Positions 51,554-62,909 are shown, counted from the first letter of the whole stretch. The stretch is 62,909 bases of DNA, filler included, from Octopus bimaculoides (GCF_001194135.2; 13 parts of 12 records of this genome joined end to end with filler, not necessarily neighbours in it), one strand, 5' to 3'. The notes: generated by a model not told the origin, from the letters alone. A program made the numbers and translations.

Positions 51554-52260
51554 AAAGTGTAGTATATTGCCACTTAAGTGTGGCTGACCCCTAGGGGTGG
51601 ATGTTACTGTTGCTTTTAGCCCCAGGAGGACATCTCCTCCAGCTGGCTTATCGACACACGACTGTGTCCTGTTTGCCAAGGGAGTTATCCCTCTCACCTC
51701 GACCAGCAGCACGAACGTATCCGGATTTCAGGGTTATTTCCCTTCGTCGGCGTTCGACAGCTGATGACCTTGGTGAGAGAGACAAAAACCTGGCAAACCT
51801 TATATCTTCTTTTCCAGTGACATTCTTCACTGATATTGAAAAGGTGAAAACAAGCAATGTTAATTCTCTAAATGAAGTATTAACAGTAACTGCACGATAA
51901 ANNNNNNNNNNGGATGTTACTGTTGCTTTTAGCCCCAGGAGGACATCTCCTCCAGCTGGCTTATCGACACACGACTGTGTCCTGTTTGCCAAGGGAGTTA
52001 TCCCTCTCACCTCGACCAGCAGCACGAACGTATCCGGATTTCAGGGTTACGTTCGTGCTGCTGGTCGAGGTGAGAGGGATAACTCCCTTGGCAAACAGGA
52101 CACAGTCGTGTGTCGATAAGCCAGCTGGAGGAGATGTCCTCCTGGGGCTAAAAGCAACAGTAACATCCACCCCTAGGGGTCAGCCACACTTAAGTGGCAA
52201 TATACTACACTTTATCGTGCAGTTACTGTTAATACTTCATTTAGAGAATTAACATTGCTT
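51554..52260. repeat. 345-bp hairpin-rich unit in tandem plus inverted arrangement
   Basis: 51599-51736 is repeated at 51912-52049; 51912-52032 pairs perfectly with 52048-52168; 51852-51901 is the reverse complement of 52211-52260. Confidence 0.9.
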
Positions 52261-52504
52261 AATAATTATTAATTATATATGTTAAGCAATGTCATACTTA
52301 AAAATTGTTTTTTCATTGTCTATTATATGTGTTAAGCAATTTCATATCTAAAATATGTCTTTTCACTATTCATTATATATATATTAAACATTGCCATGCG
52401 TAAAATATCATGTCTTTCCATTATTTATTATGTATAAGGGCAGTAAGCTGGCAGAATCGTCAGAACATCAGGCAAAATGCTCAAAGGTATTTCGTTCATC
52501 TTTA

Positions 52505-53040
52505 CTATTTCTAGGGGGCCTTAGGTTTAATTCTTTGTCAACTTGCATGTGATTTTACTATACATCTTGTGAATTTATAATTTACTCTAGGCACACAATA
52601 TAGAATTTCTGCTAATATCATTTCTACATATCAAGCACAACCAATTCCTGATAGTTGAAGAGTCTTGTCTTCTTTCCTGCTTTCCAATACTTTAGTATTT
52701 GATAGATTTACTTTCATGCCTACCAATTCTAGATCTTGTTTCCTCATCTGGAAATTCTCTTATTTTACTGACAAATCTATAAGAACTAGATCCTGAAGTT
52801 GTTCCTACAAACAGTTGGTTTTAAACTCTTCATTTACATACTGGATTACTATGGTAAATAGACAAGGGCTGGGAACTTAGCTCTAAGTGGACCTACTACT
52901 GCCTACTGAATTCATTGCTGCACTAGTAGCTAACTCTCACTTGCAAGCTGCACTTATGTGCATGCCATCTAACTGCCTTTACATCTCCCTCTAGTTTCCT
53001 TAGTGACCGCCCAAATACAGATCATTGAACCCTTTCAATG
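52505..53040 (-). pseudogene. Old RTE-clade RT fragment, same family as 5181-6114
   Basis: Degenerate IVIQYVNEEFKTNCL*EQLQDLVLI (YADD position), GMKVNLSNTKVL, WLCLICRNDISRNSI. Confidence 0.65.
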
Positions 53041-53097
53041 GACGCATATATAAATATGTGTGTGAGTATACTTATGTAATACCTAAGTGTGCAAATG

Positions 53098-54076
53098 TGA
53101 AGGCATGTGACTTAGTGCTCGTGGTATTTGGCTCAGGATTGTAAGGTTATGAAATCAATACCTGGCACCATATTGTGTCCTTCAGAAAAACATTTTATTT
53201 CATATTGCTCCAGTTCAGTCAGTTGGCAATAATGATTAGTACCTAAGGCAGCGAGCTGGCAGAAACGTTAGCATGCCGGGTGAAATGCTTAGCAGTATTT
53301 CGTCTGCTGCTACGTTCTGAGTTCAAATTCCGCTGAGGTCAACTTTGTCTTTCATCCTTTCGGGGTCAATAAATTAAGTACCAGTTACACACTGGGTCGA
53401 TGTAATTGACTTAATCCCTTTGTCTGTCTTTGTTTGTCCCCTCTATGTTTAGCCCCTTGTGGGCAATAAAGAAATAAGAAACGTTAGCATACCACACATC
53501 CACACCTGCTCCTAGTGTAAAAGAGAATGGAATTATTAAAATATAAACAGAATAGGCACAGATGTGGCTGTGCAGTCAAGAAATTTGTTTCTTGGCCACA
53601 TAGTTACCCCATTCAGTCTTACAGTGGGATTAGACTTAATCCCTTTGTCTGTCCTTGTTTGTCCCCTCCATGTTTAGCCCCTTGTGGGCAATAAAGAAAT
53701 AAGAAACGTTAGTGATATTTCGTCTGTCATTACGTTCTGAGTTCAAACTCCACCGAGGTAGACTTTGCTTTTCATCCTTTCGGGGCTGATAAATTAAGTA
53801 CCAGTTACATATTGAGGTTGATCTAAACGATTGGTCCCCTCCCCAAAAATTTCGGGCCTTGTGCCTAGAGTAGAAAAAAAGACATAAAAAGTAGCACCTG
53901 TAATTCAAAGGGGCCAACCTTGTCACATTCTGTGTTATGCTGCATCTCCCTGAGAACTATATTAAGAGTACATGTGTCTATGTATGGCACGTTCAGCCAC
54001 TTCCATGTTAATTTTCCAAGCTGGCAGTTTTGTTGATCACACCAACTGACACACTCAGCGTCATAACCAACAGAGC
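53098..54076 (+). mobile_element. SINE cluster: CORE-type (53098-53240), S1 (53246-53490), S1 tail plus headless unit (53632-53877), S2 3' half (53895-54076)
   Basis: Each piece matches other copies in this window. Confidence 0.82.
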
Positions 54077-54206
54077 ATCAATTAATGTGCATGTGGTGCA
54101 TGCATGTGTGTGTGTACGTGTGTGTGTGTACGTGTGTTTCTAAATATTTGTTATGAATGATGTTGTTTAACTCCAATTCAGTTCTATCAAGAAGATCTAT
54201 CATTAA

Positions 54207-54665
54207 CCCTTTTGTTACCATATTTCTGTTGAGATGCTCTGTGATTCTTTCAACTAATTTTAAATATAACAAAGAATTTATTGAAATAACTTAATTATCA
54301 TTAAGCTAGTGTTAAGAAAATAAATTGTGACTAAGGTTTGGTGGAAGATCTTAATTCCGAACTTTTGGAAACAAGGGATTTGTACCACAGAGCCAGAGAT
54401 GGTTTCAGGTGGGTTGGTATCAAATGGGTTAAATTAATCATTTGTTATAACCCTTTTGTAGCCATATTTCTGTTGAGATACTCTGTGTTTCTTTCAATTA
54501 ATTTTATATATAACAAAGAATTTAGTAAAATAACTTGGTTATCATTAAGCTAGTGTAAGGAACATAAATTGTGACTAAGGTTTGGTGGAAGATTTTAATT
54601 CAGAACTTTTGGAAACAAGGCATTTGTACTACAGAGTGGTTTCAGGCAGGTTGGTATCAAAAAGG
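54207..54665. mobile_element. Two tandem piggyBac-like MITE copies (54207-54428, 54451-54665)
   Basis: Both are the reverse complement of 44411-44632; TTAA at the outer ends. Confidence 0.85.
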
Positions 54666-55242
54666 TTAAAGGATATCTGGCCATGTCCATTTTTTCCTTT
54701 TTGTATATCTACAACTACACTGAGCTAATGTGGCCATCTTTTCCTTTAAGAAGGTAAGGTGAGATGCATACGTGTGTAGATGGTGTGTGTGTGTGTGTGT
54801 ACATGTATATGTGTGATATAAATCATGAAACTAAATTTATGAATGAAAATAAACTCATTCATGCTGAAACATTCAAGAAGCAAAATAAACATAATATTCT
54901 GCGGGCATTAAAATGCATGCATACTACACACATACATCGCCGACAATACATACACGAACATGCAAAGATCCATGCACATACTCACTCATACACATATGCA
55001 CATTAACAGACAGATGTACCGACAGAAAACACACATGTGCATATGCATGCATAATATTGCAGCTTGAAAGCTGGGAGTATATAAATGTGCAATGGATTAG
55101 ATATATACAGATATAATTCATTCTGTATTAGGTATTCATAGCATATTCCTTGCTCTTAATTCCCGCTCCCTTTCTCTCTCTCTGTGTCTCTTCTCTCATT
55201 TTCTCAATCCTTCTCCTTATTCCTCACTCTCTCACTCAATAG

Positions 55243-55438
55243 ATATACACAGGAATTATACCACATCATACCTCCATGTAGAGACTGAGAAAAGAACTTC
55301 ACAACATGACAACAATGACACCCATAACGTCTTACCGAACTTTCAAAACACTCATCGGTCGATTTCTTATCTCTTAAGATCCACTGGAGATGACAGCACA
55401 TGGAATGTGGGACCAGCCACGAGCCACTTTGCAAATAG
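55243..55438 (+). CDS. Best candidate exon: DIHRNYTTSYLHVETEKRTSQHDNNDTHNVLPNFQNTHRSISYLLRSTGDDSTWNVGPATSHFAN, product unknown
   Basis: About 70-nt pyrimidine tract plus CAATAG acceptor, 64 stop-free codons, AG|GTAATT donor; phase 1 to 2 fits the flanking candidate exons. Confidence 0.55.
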
Positions 55439-55518
55439 GTAATTCTATGAGATGTGCTTTTGATCAACTTCATTGATATATTGGTGCAGGTGTGGCCACA
55501 TGGTAAGAAGTTAGCTTT

Positions 55519-55911
55519 GTGGAGGCGCAATGGCCCAGTGGTTAGGGCAGCGGACTCGTGGTCATAGGATCGCGGTTTCGATTCCCAGACCGGGCGTTGT
55601 GAGTGTTTATTGAGCGAAAATACCTAAAGTTCCACGAGGCTCCGGCAGGGGATGGTGGCGAACCCTGCTGTTAAAAGGGAAGGGTGGCGAACTGGCAGAA
55701 ATGTTAGCACGCTGGGCGAAATGTTTAGCGGTATTTCGTCTGCCGCTACGTTCTGAGTTTAAATTCTGCCAAGGTCGACTTTGCCTTTCATCCTTTCGGG
55801 GTCGATATATTAAGTACCAGTAACGCACTGGGGTCAATATAACCGACTTAATCCGTTTGTTTGTCCTTGTTTGTCTCTTCTATGTTTAGCCCTCTGTGGG
55901 CAATAAAGAAA
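55519..55911 (+). mobile_element. Chimeric S2-head/S1 SINE insert with 15-bp TSD, nested in an S3 head
   Basis: TAAGAAGTTAGCTTT at 55504-55518 and 55912-55926; the interrupted S3 head resumes after the second copy. Confidence 0.85.
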
Positions 55912-56344
55912 TAAGAAGTTAGCTTTCCAACCACACCGTTCCAGGTTCAGTCGCACTGCATGGCAAGTGTCTTGCAAGGATAGTTGCTATTTTTAGCATC
56001 CATCCTTAGAAAACACTTGTACAAGACTGGAGATGAAGAAAAAAATGGTTGGTCATTCCTCTAAAATCCTTATAAACAATTATGATTTCTGATGAACTTT
56101 TGACAAACTAATACACGCTTTCTCCTATCAAATACTGTCTCCAGATTCTTTCTGTATATATGCTTATAAACAATTGTGATTTCTGATGAACTTATAAACA
56201 ATTATGAACTTATTTTACTGCCTATTTTGAACACTTTTTATGATGGTGAGCTGGCAAAAACGTTAGCATGCCGTGCGGTATTTCATCTGTCTTTACCCAG
56301 TCTGACCCATACAAACATGGAGAAAAAGTGGACAGTAAACCTAT

Positions 56345-56472
56345 GATGGGTGTCCACAAAGTCTGGGTACATGGAGATTAACCCATACTTTAAGAAATTA
56401 TTATTCCTTATATTTAATTGTTTATGTTATGATTTTATTTACTCCATGTACCCAGACTTTGTGGACACACTG
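56345..56472. mobile_element. ~128-bp Tc1/mariner-like MITE
   Basis: 27-bp perfect inverted repeat GTGTCCACAAAGTCTGGGTACATGGAG (56350-56376 and 56442-56468); the right end is followed by TA. Confidence 0.8.
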
Positions 56473-56474
56473 TA

Positions 56475-56890
56475 TATTCCTTTATTGCCCACAGGGGCCT
56501 AAACATTGAGGGGACAAGCAAGGACAGACAAAAGGATTAAGTCGGTTACATTGACCTCAGTGCATAACTGGTACTTATTTAATCGATGCCGAACAGATGA
56601 AAGGCAAAGTCGACCTCGGCAGAATTTGAACTCAGAACGTAATGGTAGATGAAATACCTATTTCGTTATTGCCCACAAGGGGTTAAACATAGAGGGAACA
56701 AACAAGAACAGACGAACGGATTAAGTCGATTACATCGACCCCAGTGCGTAACTGGTACTTAATTTATCGACCCCGAAAGGATGAAAGGCAAAGTCGACCT
56801 CGGCAGAATTTGAACTCAGAACGTAACGGCAGACGAAATACCGCTATGCATTTCGCCCGGTGTGCTAACAATTCTGCCAGCTCGCCGCCC
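56475..56890 (-). mobile_element. SINE S1 dimer
   Basis: Two S1 bodies joined at GAAATACCTATTTCGTTATTGCCC (56651-56674). Confidence 0.88.
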
Positions 56891-57039
56891 TTTACAGATA
56901 AATAATATAACAAGAGAAACATAGATCCACAGGTTAAAATCGTTTCTCATATCTGAAATTACTGACATTCCTCTGTCAAAGTGATACACAATGTAGTTTC
57001 TACAAAAAAACACTTCAACACATTTTTCCATTAATTTGA

Positions 57040-57340
57040 GAAATGGCTAAAATGAAACCTTTCCAAGAAGGTTGATTTTGGAGACAAGGTGCAATTAAAT
57101 GGGTACCTAGGTTTCAACAGCTGACCCTGCTCCTTTTGTACCTGTAGGTTCACCACAATTTTAGTAGTTTATATGAATGCACCCTGGAACTATTGACACA
57201 CTAAAGGAGGCAATCATAGCGATTTGTGAAAACATCAATGCAGATAAGCATAAATGTGTTCAAAGTTCATGAATTCAAATAGAGTCAAAAATGCTAATGT
57301 GTCGGAGGCCATCATTTTGAGCTTTTTCCGTAATTTCAAA
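57040..57340 (+). pseudogene. Tc1/mariner transposase C-terminal relic
   Basis: AIKWVPRFQQLT (degenerate WPPRSPDLT) and, across frameshifts, VVYMNAP and TIDTLKEAIIAICENI. Confidence 0.5.
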
Positions 57341-57444
57341 CACCCAAATAAATTATTTAAGTTCTCCTTCTCTAACGCCAGACATTTTGGCCTTGCAAGC
57401 AAATGAAGCAATGCATATACACATGCACACACACTTAGACTTAA

Positions 57445-57477
<33 letters not shown>

Positions 57478-57744
57478 NNNNNNNNNNNNNNNNNNNNNNN
57501 NNNNNNNNNNNNNNNNNNNNNTTAATTAATTAANNNNNNNNNNNNNNNNNNNNNNNNNNNNNNNNNNNNNNNNNNNNGGAATGGTTGGGTAGCCTTGTGC
57601 AAGGAAATATTCGAGCAATGTTTCATGCAGTGAGATTGAACCTGAAACCTCGTGGCCGTAGAGCAAAACTTATTTACCACAGAGCTATATTTACCATACA
57701 GCCACGCATACACACACGCGCGCGCGTGCGCACACATATAATCG

Positions 57745-57952
57745 TTTCTACTATAGGCACAAGGCCTGAAATTTGGTGCGAGGGGAGCAGTCGATTAGAT
57801 CGACCTCAGTACGCAACTGGTACTTAATTTATCGACCCCGAAAGGATGAAAGGCAAAGTCAGCCTCGGCGGAATTTGAACTCAGGACGTAACGGCAGACG
57901 AAATACAGCTAAGCATTTCGCCCGGTGTGCTAACGATTCTATCAACTCGCAG
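57745..57952 (-). mobile_element. SINE S1
   Basis: Reverse complement of the S1 consensus seen at 62170-62372. Confidence 0.85.
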
Positions 57953-59112
57953 CCTTACGTACACATATATAATGAACACATACATTCATGCATACATTCA
58001 TACATACATAAATTCGTACGTACATACATACACAAATGAATACACACACACACGAACACACGCACTCTCTCTCTCTCCTTCTCTCACTCTCTCTCCTTCT
58101 CTCACTCTCTCTCCTTCCCTCACTCTCTCACAAACACATACACGAATGTTCCTGTTTTGTGGTCTCTGTTATTTCTTCTTTCATTCTTAATCTCTCCCCT
58201 CCATATCTTTTTCATCTTTCTCTCTAACGCTGTCTTTTCCTTTTCATATCTCTCTCTCTTTCTCTCCCCTCTCTCTCTCCCCCTCTCTACACTTTCCCTC
58301 TCTTACACATACATGATCAGAACTCTCATTTGGTTTTCTTGCTCTACTCCTTCCCAACCCTCTCCCATTCTCTAACCTTCTTTATTTTATGATGCTCTAA
58401 TCTTCTCTTCCAAATCTATTCACCATTCTGCCACCTTACGACATATGTAACCTAAATCCGGCCCCACGGCATCATTCAAGACCCTTATTAAGGTCATTGG
58501 CACATTTACCCCTATTTAAGCCTACTTATTAAAAAAAGAAAAAGAAAAGGGAACAAACGCAGAAGACAAGTTCTTTCAGAGGTAGGTGGGGATGTCGATT
58601 AAATTAGTCTCTTTTTAATCTTTAACCTTTAATCTTTATTCTCAATATTTTCGTCTCCTCCACCACCAGCCATATTTATGTACGAGTTAAACTAGGGAGC
58701 CTTAGCGTGGTTGTCAATCTGAGAAGAAATAGCAGTAAAACTCCCTAAAAAGAAATTCTGCCAGCGTGAAGAGAGTGGGGTCGCACTTTATAACTTNNNN
58801 NNNNNNNNNNNNNNNNNNNNNNNNNNNNNNNNNNNNNNNNNNNNNNNNNNNNNNNNNNNNNNNNNNNNNNNNNNNNNNNNNNNNNNNNNNNNNNNNNNNN
58901 NNNNNNNNNNNNNNNNNNNNNNNNNNNNNNNNNNNNNNNNNNNNNNNNNNNNNNNNNNNNNNNNNNNNNNNNNNNNNNNNNNNNNNNNNNNNNNNNNNNN
59001 NNNNNNNNNNNNNNNNNNNNNNNNNNNNNNNNNNNNNNNNNNNNNNNNNNNNNNNNNNNNNNNNNNNNNNNNNNNNNNNNNNNNNNNNNNNNNNNNNNNN
59101 NNNNNNNNNNNN

Positions 59113-59470
59113 GGGGAGGGGGACTATCGATCACATGGAATCCTGTACTTGACTGGTACCTAATTTATTGACCCCGAAAGGATGAAAGACAATGTCAACC
59201 TCGGCGGAATTTGAACTCAGAACATAGCGACAGACGAAATACCTATTTCGTTATTGCCCACAAGGGGCTAAACATAGAGGGAACAAACAAGAACAGACGA
59301 ACGGATTAAGTCGATTACATCGACCCCAGTGCGTAACTGGTACTTAATTTATCGACCCCGAAAGGATGAAAGACAATGTCAACCTCGGCGGAATTTAAAC
59401 TCATAACAGCGACAGACGAAATACCGCTAAGCATTTCGCTCGGCGTGCTAGCGGTTCTGCATGCTCGCCG
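59113..59470 (-). mobile_element. SINE S1 dimer
   Basis: Same junction as 56651-56674, at 59236-59259. Confidence 0.88.
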
Positions 59471-59575
59471 CTTTCACAGTAACGATATAATATAGATTTT
59501 TATCAGTCTCTACACAGCTACACAGCTTTCGTCGTCATGACTTGCTGTTCTTTTTATTTTTGGTTTGGTTCTAAG

Positions 59576-59674
59576 TATCCCAAAATTCTCCAACTCGCTT
59601 CGAAAACACGTGGCTCAATCACGGACTATACGCGGTAATAAAGTGTGTGGTATCACAAGAGTCTGTTTTTCTTT
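59576..59674 (+). CDS. Candidate exon (IPKFSNSLRKHVAQSRTIRGNKVCGITRVCFS; alternative donor at 59634)
   Basis: T-rich acceptor ending CTAAG, donors CG|GTAATA or TT|GTGAGT; the phase 2 frame continues 55243-55438 without a stop. Confidence 0.3.
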
Positions 59675-60119
59675 GTGAGTCCTGCTGAAAGAGTTGGTGT
59701 GGCCGCAATGTGAACGCTTCTTTCTTCGCCTCTTCAAAAAGCCGATTGTGAGTAAATAAATAAATAAATAAATAAATGAAATTAAATTAAATAAAATGAA
59801 AGGAGAAACACACCTATTACTTGACCAGTATTTTGTTCATCGACTCAGAAACCATGAGAGGCAAAAGTCAACCTCAGCAGGATTTGAATCCCAAATGCAG
59901 AGAAATGAAACAACACTGTAATTTTTTATGACCTTCATTTGGAAATACGTGGATGAGAACGGAAGTAGTCTTGAAATCAGGGTTGGGACCTGTGGTTTCA
60001 ATTTATATAATTTTTAAGTTCTAAGGTATTGGAATTGTTTCTAATATAGGCACTAAGCCTGAAATACCGCACGACATTTTATCGAAAATTTAGTGTATAT
60101 GTGTGCGTGGAAGAAAGAG

Positions 60120-60135
60120 AGAAAGAAAGAAAGAC

Positions 60136-60206
<71 letters not shown>

Positions 60207-60457
60207 GGGAGGCAGAGAAAGAGTGGGCGTCACAGTGAAAGCGACACAGAAATAAAGAAAAATGAAGATGAGAAAAGAAAAGAGTGAAAGGGTGAAAGAT
60301 GTCGGAATGAAATGAGAAAGATATAAAGATAGATGAATGAGAAAAGGAAAAGAACAGGTAAAAGATAGATAGATAGATAGATAGACAGGTAGATAGATAT
60401 GTAGACAGGTAGATAGATAGATAGATAGATAGACAGGTAGATAGATATGTAGACAGG

Positions 60458-60491
<34 letters not shown>

Positions 60492-60545
60492 TGTAGACAG
60501 GTAGATAGCTAGATAGATAGATATGTAGACAGGTAGATAGATAGA
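60120..60545. repeat. (GATA)n arrays with higher-order AGACAGGTAGATAGATATGT units
   Basis: Directly visible. Confidence 0.93.
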
Positions 60546-61059
60546 TAGAGGCAAGTTATTTCCCAGCATCATCTGACCTGTCTTAATTATCGCTGCCAGT
60601 ATCGACAATCTATACATTATACACTCTGTAATTATACTCAGACCACCCGAACCTGCAATCATCAAACCGAAGCCCACCACACACACACATGTATGTGTGT
60701 GGCCATACATACATACATGTATGAGTGTGCGTGTTTATGCGTACAAACCTTCCTAATACCTCAATGCATACTTTTATTGTATTCCTTTATTCAGTATATA
60801 TGTGTGAGTGTAGTTAAATGTATATATGCATGAATCTGTATCTGTATGTATATATATGTATATGGATGTGTGAGTGTGTGTAACTGTGATGTCTATATGC
60901 GTCCATTTATATTTATCAAGTTACTCGATACTACAAAAGAAGCATTCACACTTCACATCTGTTTTGCTGTTTAGAGTGGTTCATAATTTTTGTTTTGCAT
61001 TACAACAACATACCATGCCGAGCAATCTGCAAAGAACGGTAGAAATAATATCGGTTTCA

Positions 61060-62530
61060 ACGTTTGGCACAAGGCTAGCAATTTAAGAGGAGATGGTAAG
61101 TCGATTACAACGACCACAGTGTTCAACTGGTCCATTTTTTATCGCACCCTAAAGGATAAAAGGCAAAGTCGACCTCGGCGAAATTTGAACCTGAAACGTA
61201 AAGCTAGACGAAATGTCGCTTAGCATTTTGCTCAGCGTACTAAGGATTCTGCCAGCAAGCCGCCTTCAATTCTTTCTAATTTTGGAACAAGACCAGCAAT
61301 TTTGAGGGGAAGGCCTAATGAAGTACTCCAACCCTGCACTTGGCTGATATTTGATGTTATCGACCCTGAAGAATGACAGGGGAAGTTGACTCTGGTTAGA
61401 AATTTGAACTTAGATTGTAAAGAGCAAGAAGAAATACCTCTAAGGTATTTTGTCCGATGCGCTAGCGATTCTACCAGCTTGCTGCCTTCCATGGTAATCT
61501 GAATAATAATTGTTTCTATCAAAGTCTCGACGTTTGAATTACGGGAAAAGGGATTAGGCGATTAAATTAACAGCAGTGTTTGATTGGTTTTAAATTTTAC
61601 AGTTCTGAAAGGGAGATAACCAAAAGGATCTCAGCGGGATTTATTCTCCTGGCATAAAAAAAATACTGAAACCAATACTTATTTACCAATCCACCGCTTT
61701 AGTTCTACTAATAATCTTTTCTACTGTCGGCACAAAGTCTGAAATTTTGGGGGAGGTTTAAGTCAATTACATCGACCCTAGTTCTCAAGTGGTATTTATT
61801 TTATTGCATTCATCCGAAAAGATAAATGGCGAAATCAATCACTGTGGAATTTGAATTCAGAACGTATAGACGAACGAAATGCCGCTAAGCATTTTGCCCG
61901 GCGTACTAACGACTCTGCATGGTTGCCACACTAGCTGTAGTACGAATAATAGTTTCTGATAAAGGAACAAAGCCGGAATTTTTGCGGGAAGGGTTTTGTC
62001 GAAACCGGTGATCCCACTATTCGGTTGGTATTTCATTTCATCTTTGAAGAGATAAAAGCCGAATTGACCTCGGCCAGAAATGAACGCAGAGCGTAGTGTT
62101 GGAAGAAATATCGCAAGACATTTTCCCCTGACGTTCTATCTGGCATCTTTAATGATTATTTCTGATTGAAGGCGGTGAGCAGGCAGAAACGCTAGCACGC
62201 CGGGAGAAATGCTTAGCCGTATTTCGTCTGTCTTTACGTTTTGAGTTCAAATTCCGCTGAGGTCGACTTTGCCTTTCATCTTTTCGGGGTCGATAAATTA
62301 AGTACCAGTTACGTACTGGGATCGATCTAATCGACTGGCCCCCTCCCCCAAAATTTGTGTCTAGAGTAGAAAAGAATAATTCTTTCTGATTTAAGCACCA
62401 GGGCAATAATTCTGAGAGGTGGTTGTAGTTTTTACAGTAGACACCTCCTTCTCCAGTATCTGACTGGAACTTTATTTTATCCAGCCTGAAATGACTGTGA
62501 TGGTATTTGAACTCAGAACGTAATGCCAGA
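61060..62530. mobile_element. Cluster of about six S1 SINE copies of varied age (mostly minus; 62170-62372 plus)
   Basis: Repeated TGAAAGGCAAAGTCGACCTCGGC...TTTGAACTCAGAACG variants. Confidence 0.8.
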
Positions 62531-62909
62531 AGTTATTTAATCTGGGGCTTTAAGGAAACTACCAATCCACCACTTTAGTAAACACTAGCAGTATAGCCTG
62601 ACTTTGCCCGGGATTAAGTTGGGATTATTAAGCTAATCAAGTTCTTTATTTCAAACCAAACTAAGTAACATGACGTCAAATTTGGGCAGAATCAGTGTTG
62701 CAACTGGAGAGCATGGGTTGAGAGTTTGATCGGCAGAGGTGATGAGGTTACACATGCCATCCCTTTGAAAACACCACCGCCATCATCTAACCCCTCTTTG
62801 CTCATGGGTTAGGAACCCTTCCAGCAAGGAAAATAGAATGACCAAAAGGGCTCCCGATTCTCTGTGTCAGAAGCGGTTCTGTTCAGATCACAACGAAGTC
62901 TTAAGTATA

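Noticed and set aside
51580-51700. HDV-like ribozyme in the structured unit
   Set aside because: A partial P1 and a P4-like hairpin can be drawn, but there is no P3/L3 or P2 in the required order on either strand.

Overview
This is AT-rich, gap-riddled animal genomic DNA. The SINE families, RTE/Dong/Penelope elements and extreme microsatellite load suggest an octopus (coleoid cephalopod) draft assembly; that is an inference, not a database match. It contains no operons, rRNA, true tRNA genes or CRISPR arrays. Almost every ORF in the supplied track is a microsatellite or N-gap artefact. What the sequence supports: (1) decayed retroelements, namely two Penelope-like RT+GIY-YIG elements, four RTE-clade LINE pieces (one with three C2H2 fingers), several REL-endonuclease LINE 3' ends (Dong/R4-like, HERO-like) and a Tx1/L1 RT piece; (2) DNA transposon relics (maT/DD37D, Chapaev3-like, Tigger-like, Tc1/mariner) and MITEs; (3) more than 25 tRNA-derived SINE copies or fragments, densest at 53-63 kb; (4) a few candidate + strand exons of an unidentified multi-exon gene, the best at 55243-55438. 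The most interesting signals are minimal hammerhead-ribozyme folds with palindromic stem III on the minus strand (21177-21221, 7523-7571, remnant 6503-6540), a 580-bp MITE with perfect 38-bp TIRs, a 6-bp TSD and a central telomeric (TTAGGG)n tract, a 345-bp hairpin-rich unit in tandem-plus-inverted arrangement at 51.5-52.3 kb, and a chimeric two-SINE insert flanked by a 15-bp TSD. I found no convincing evidence of a wholly new biological system; these are leads to test. Family names come from recalled motifs and need HMM/BLAST confirmation. Twelve N-TTAATTAATTAA-N scaffold joins make long-range order uncertain.
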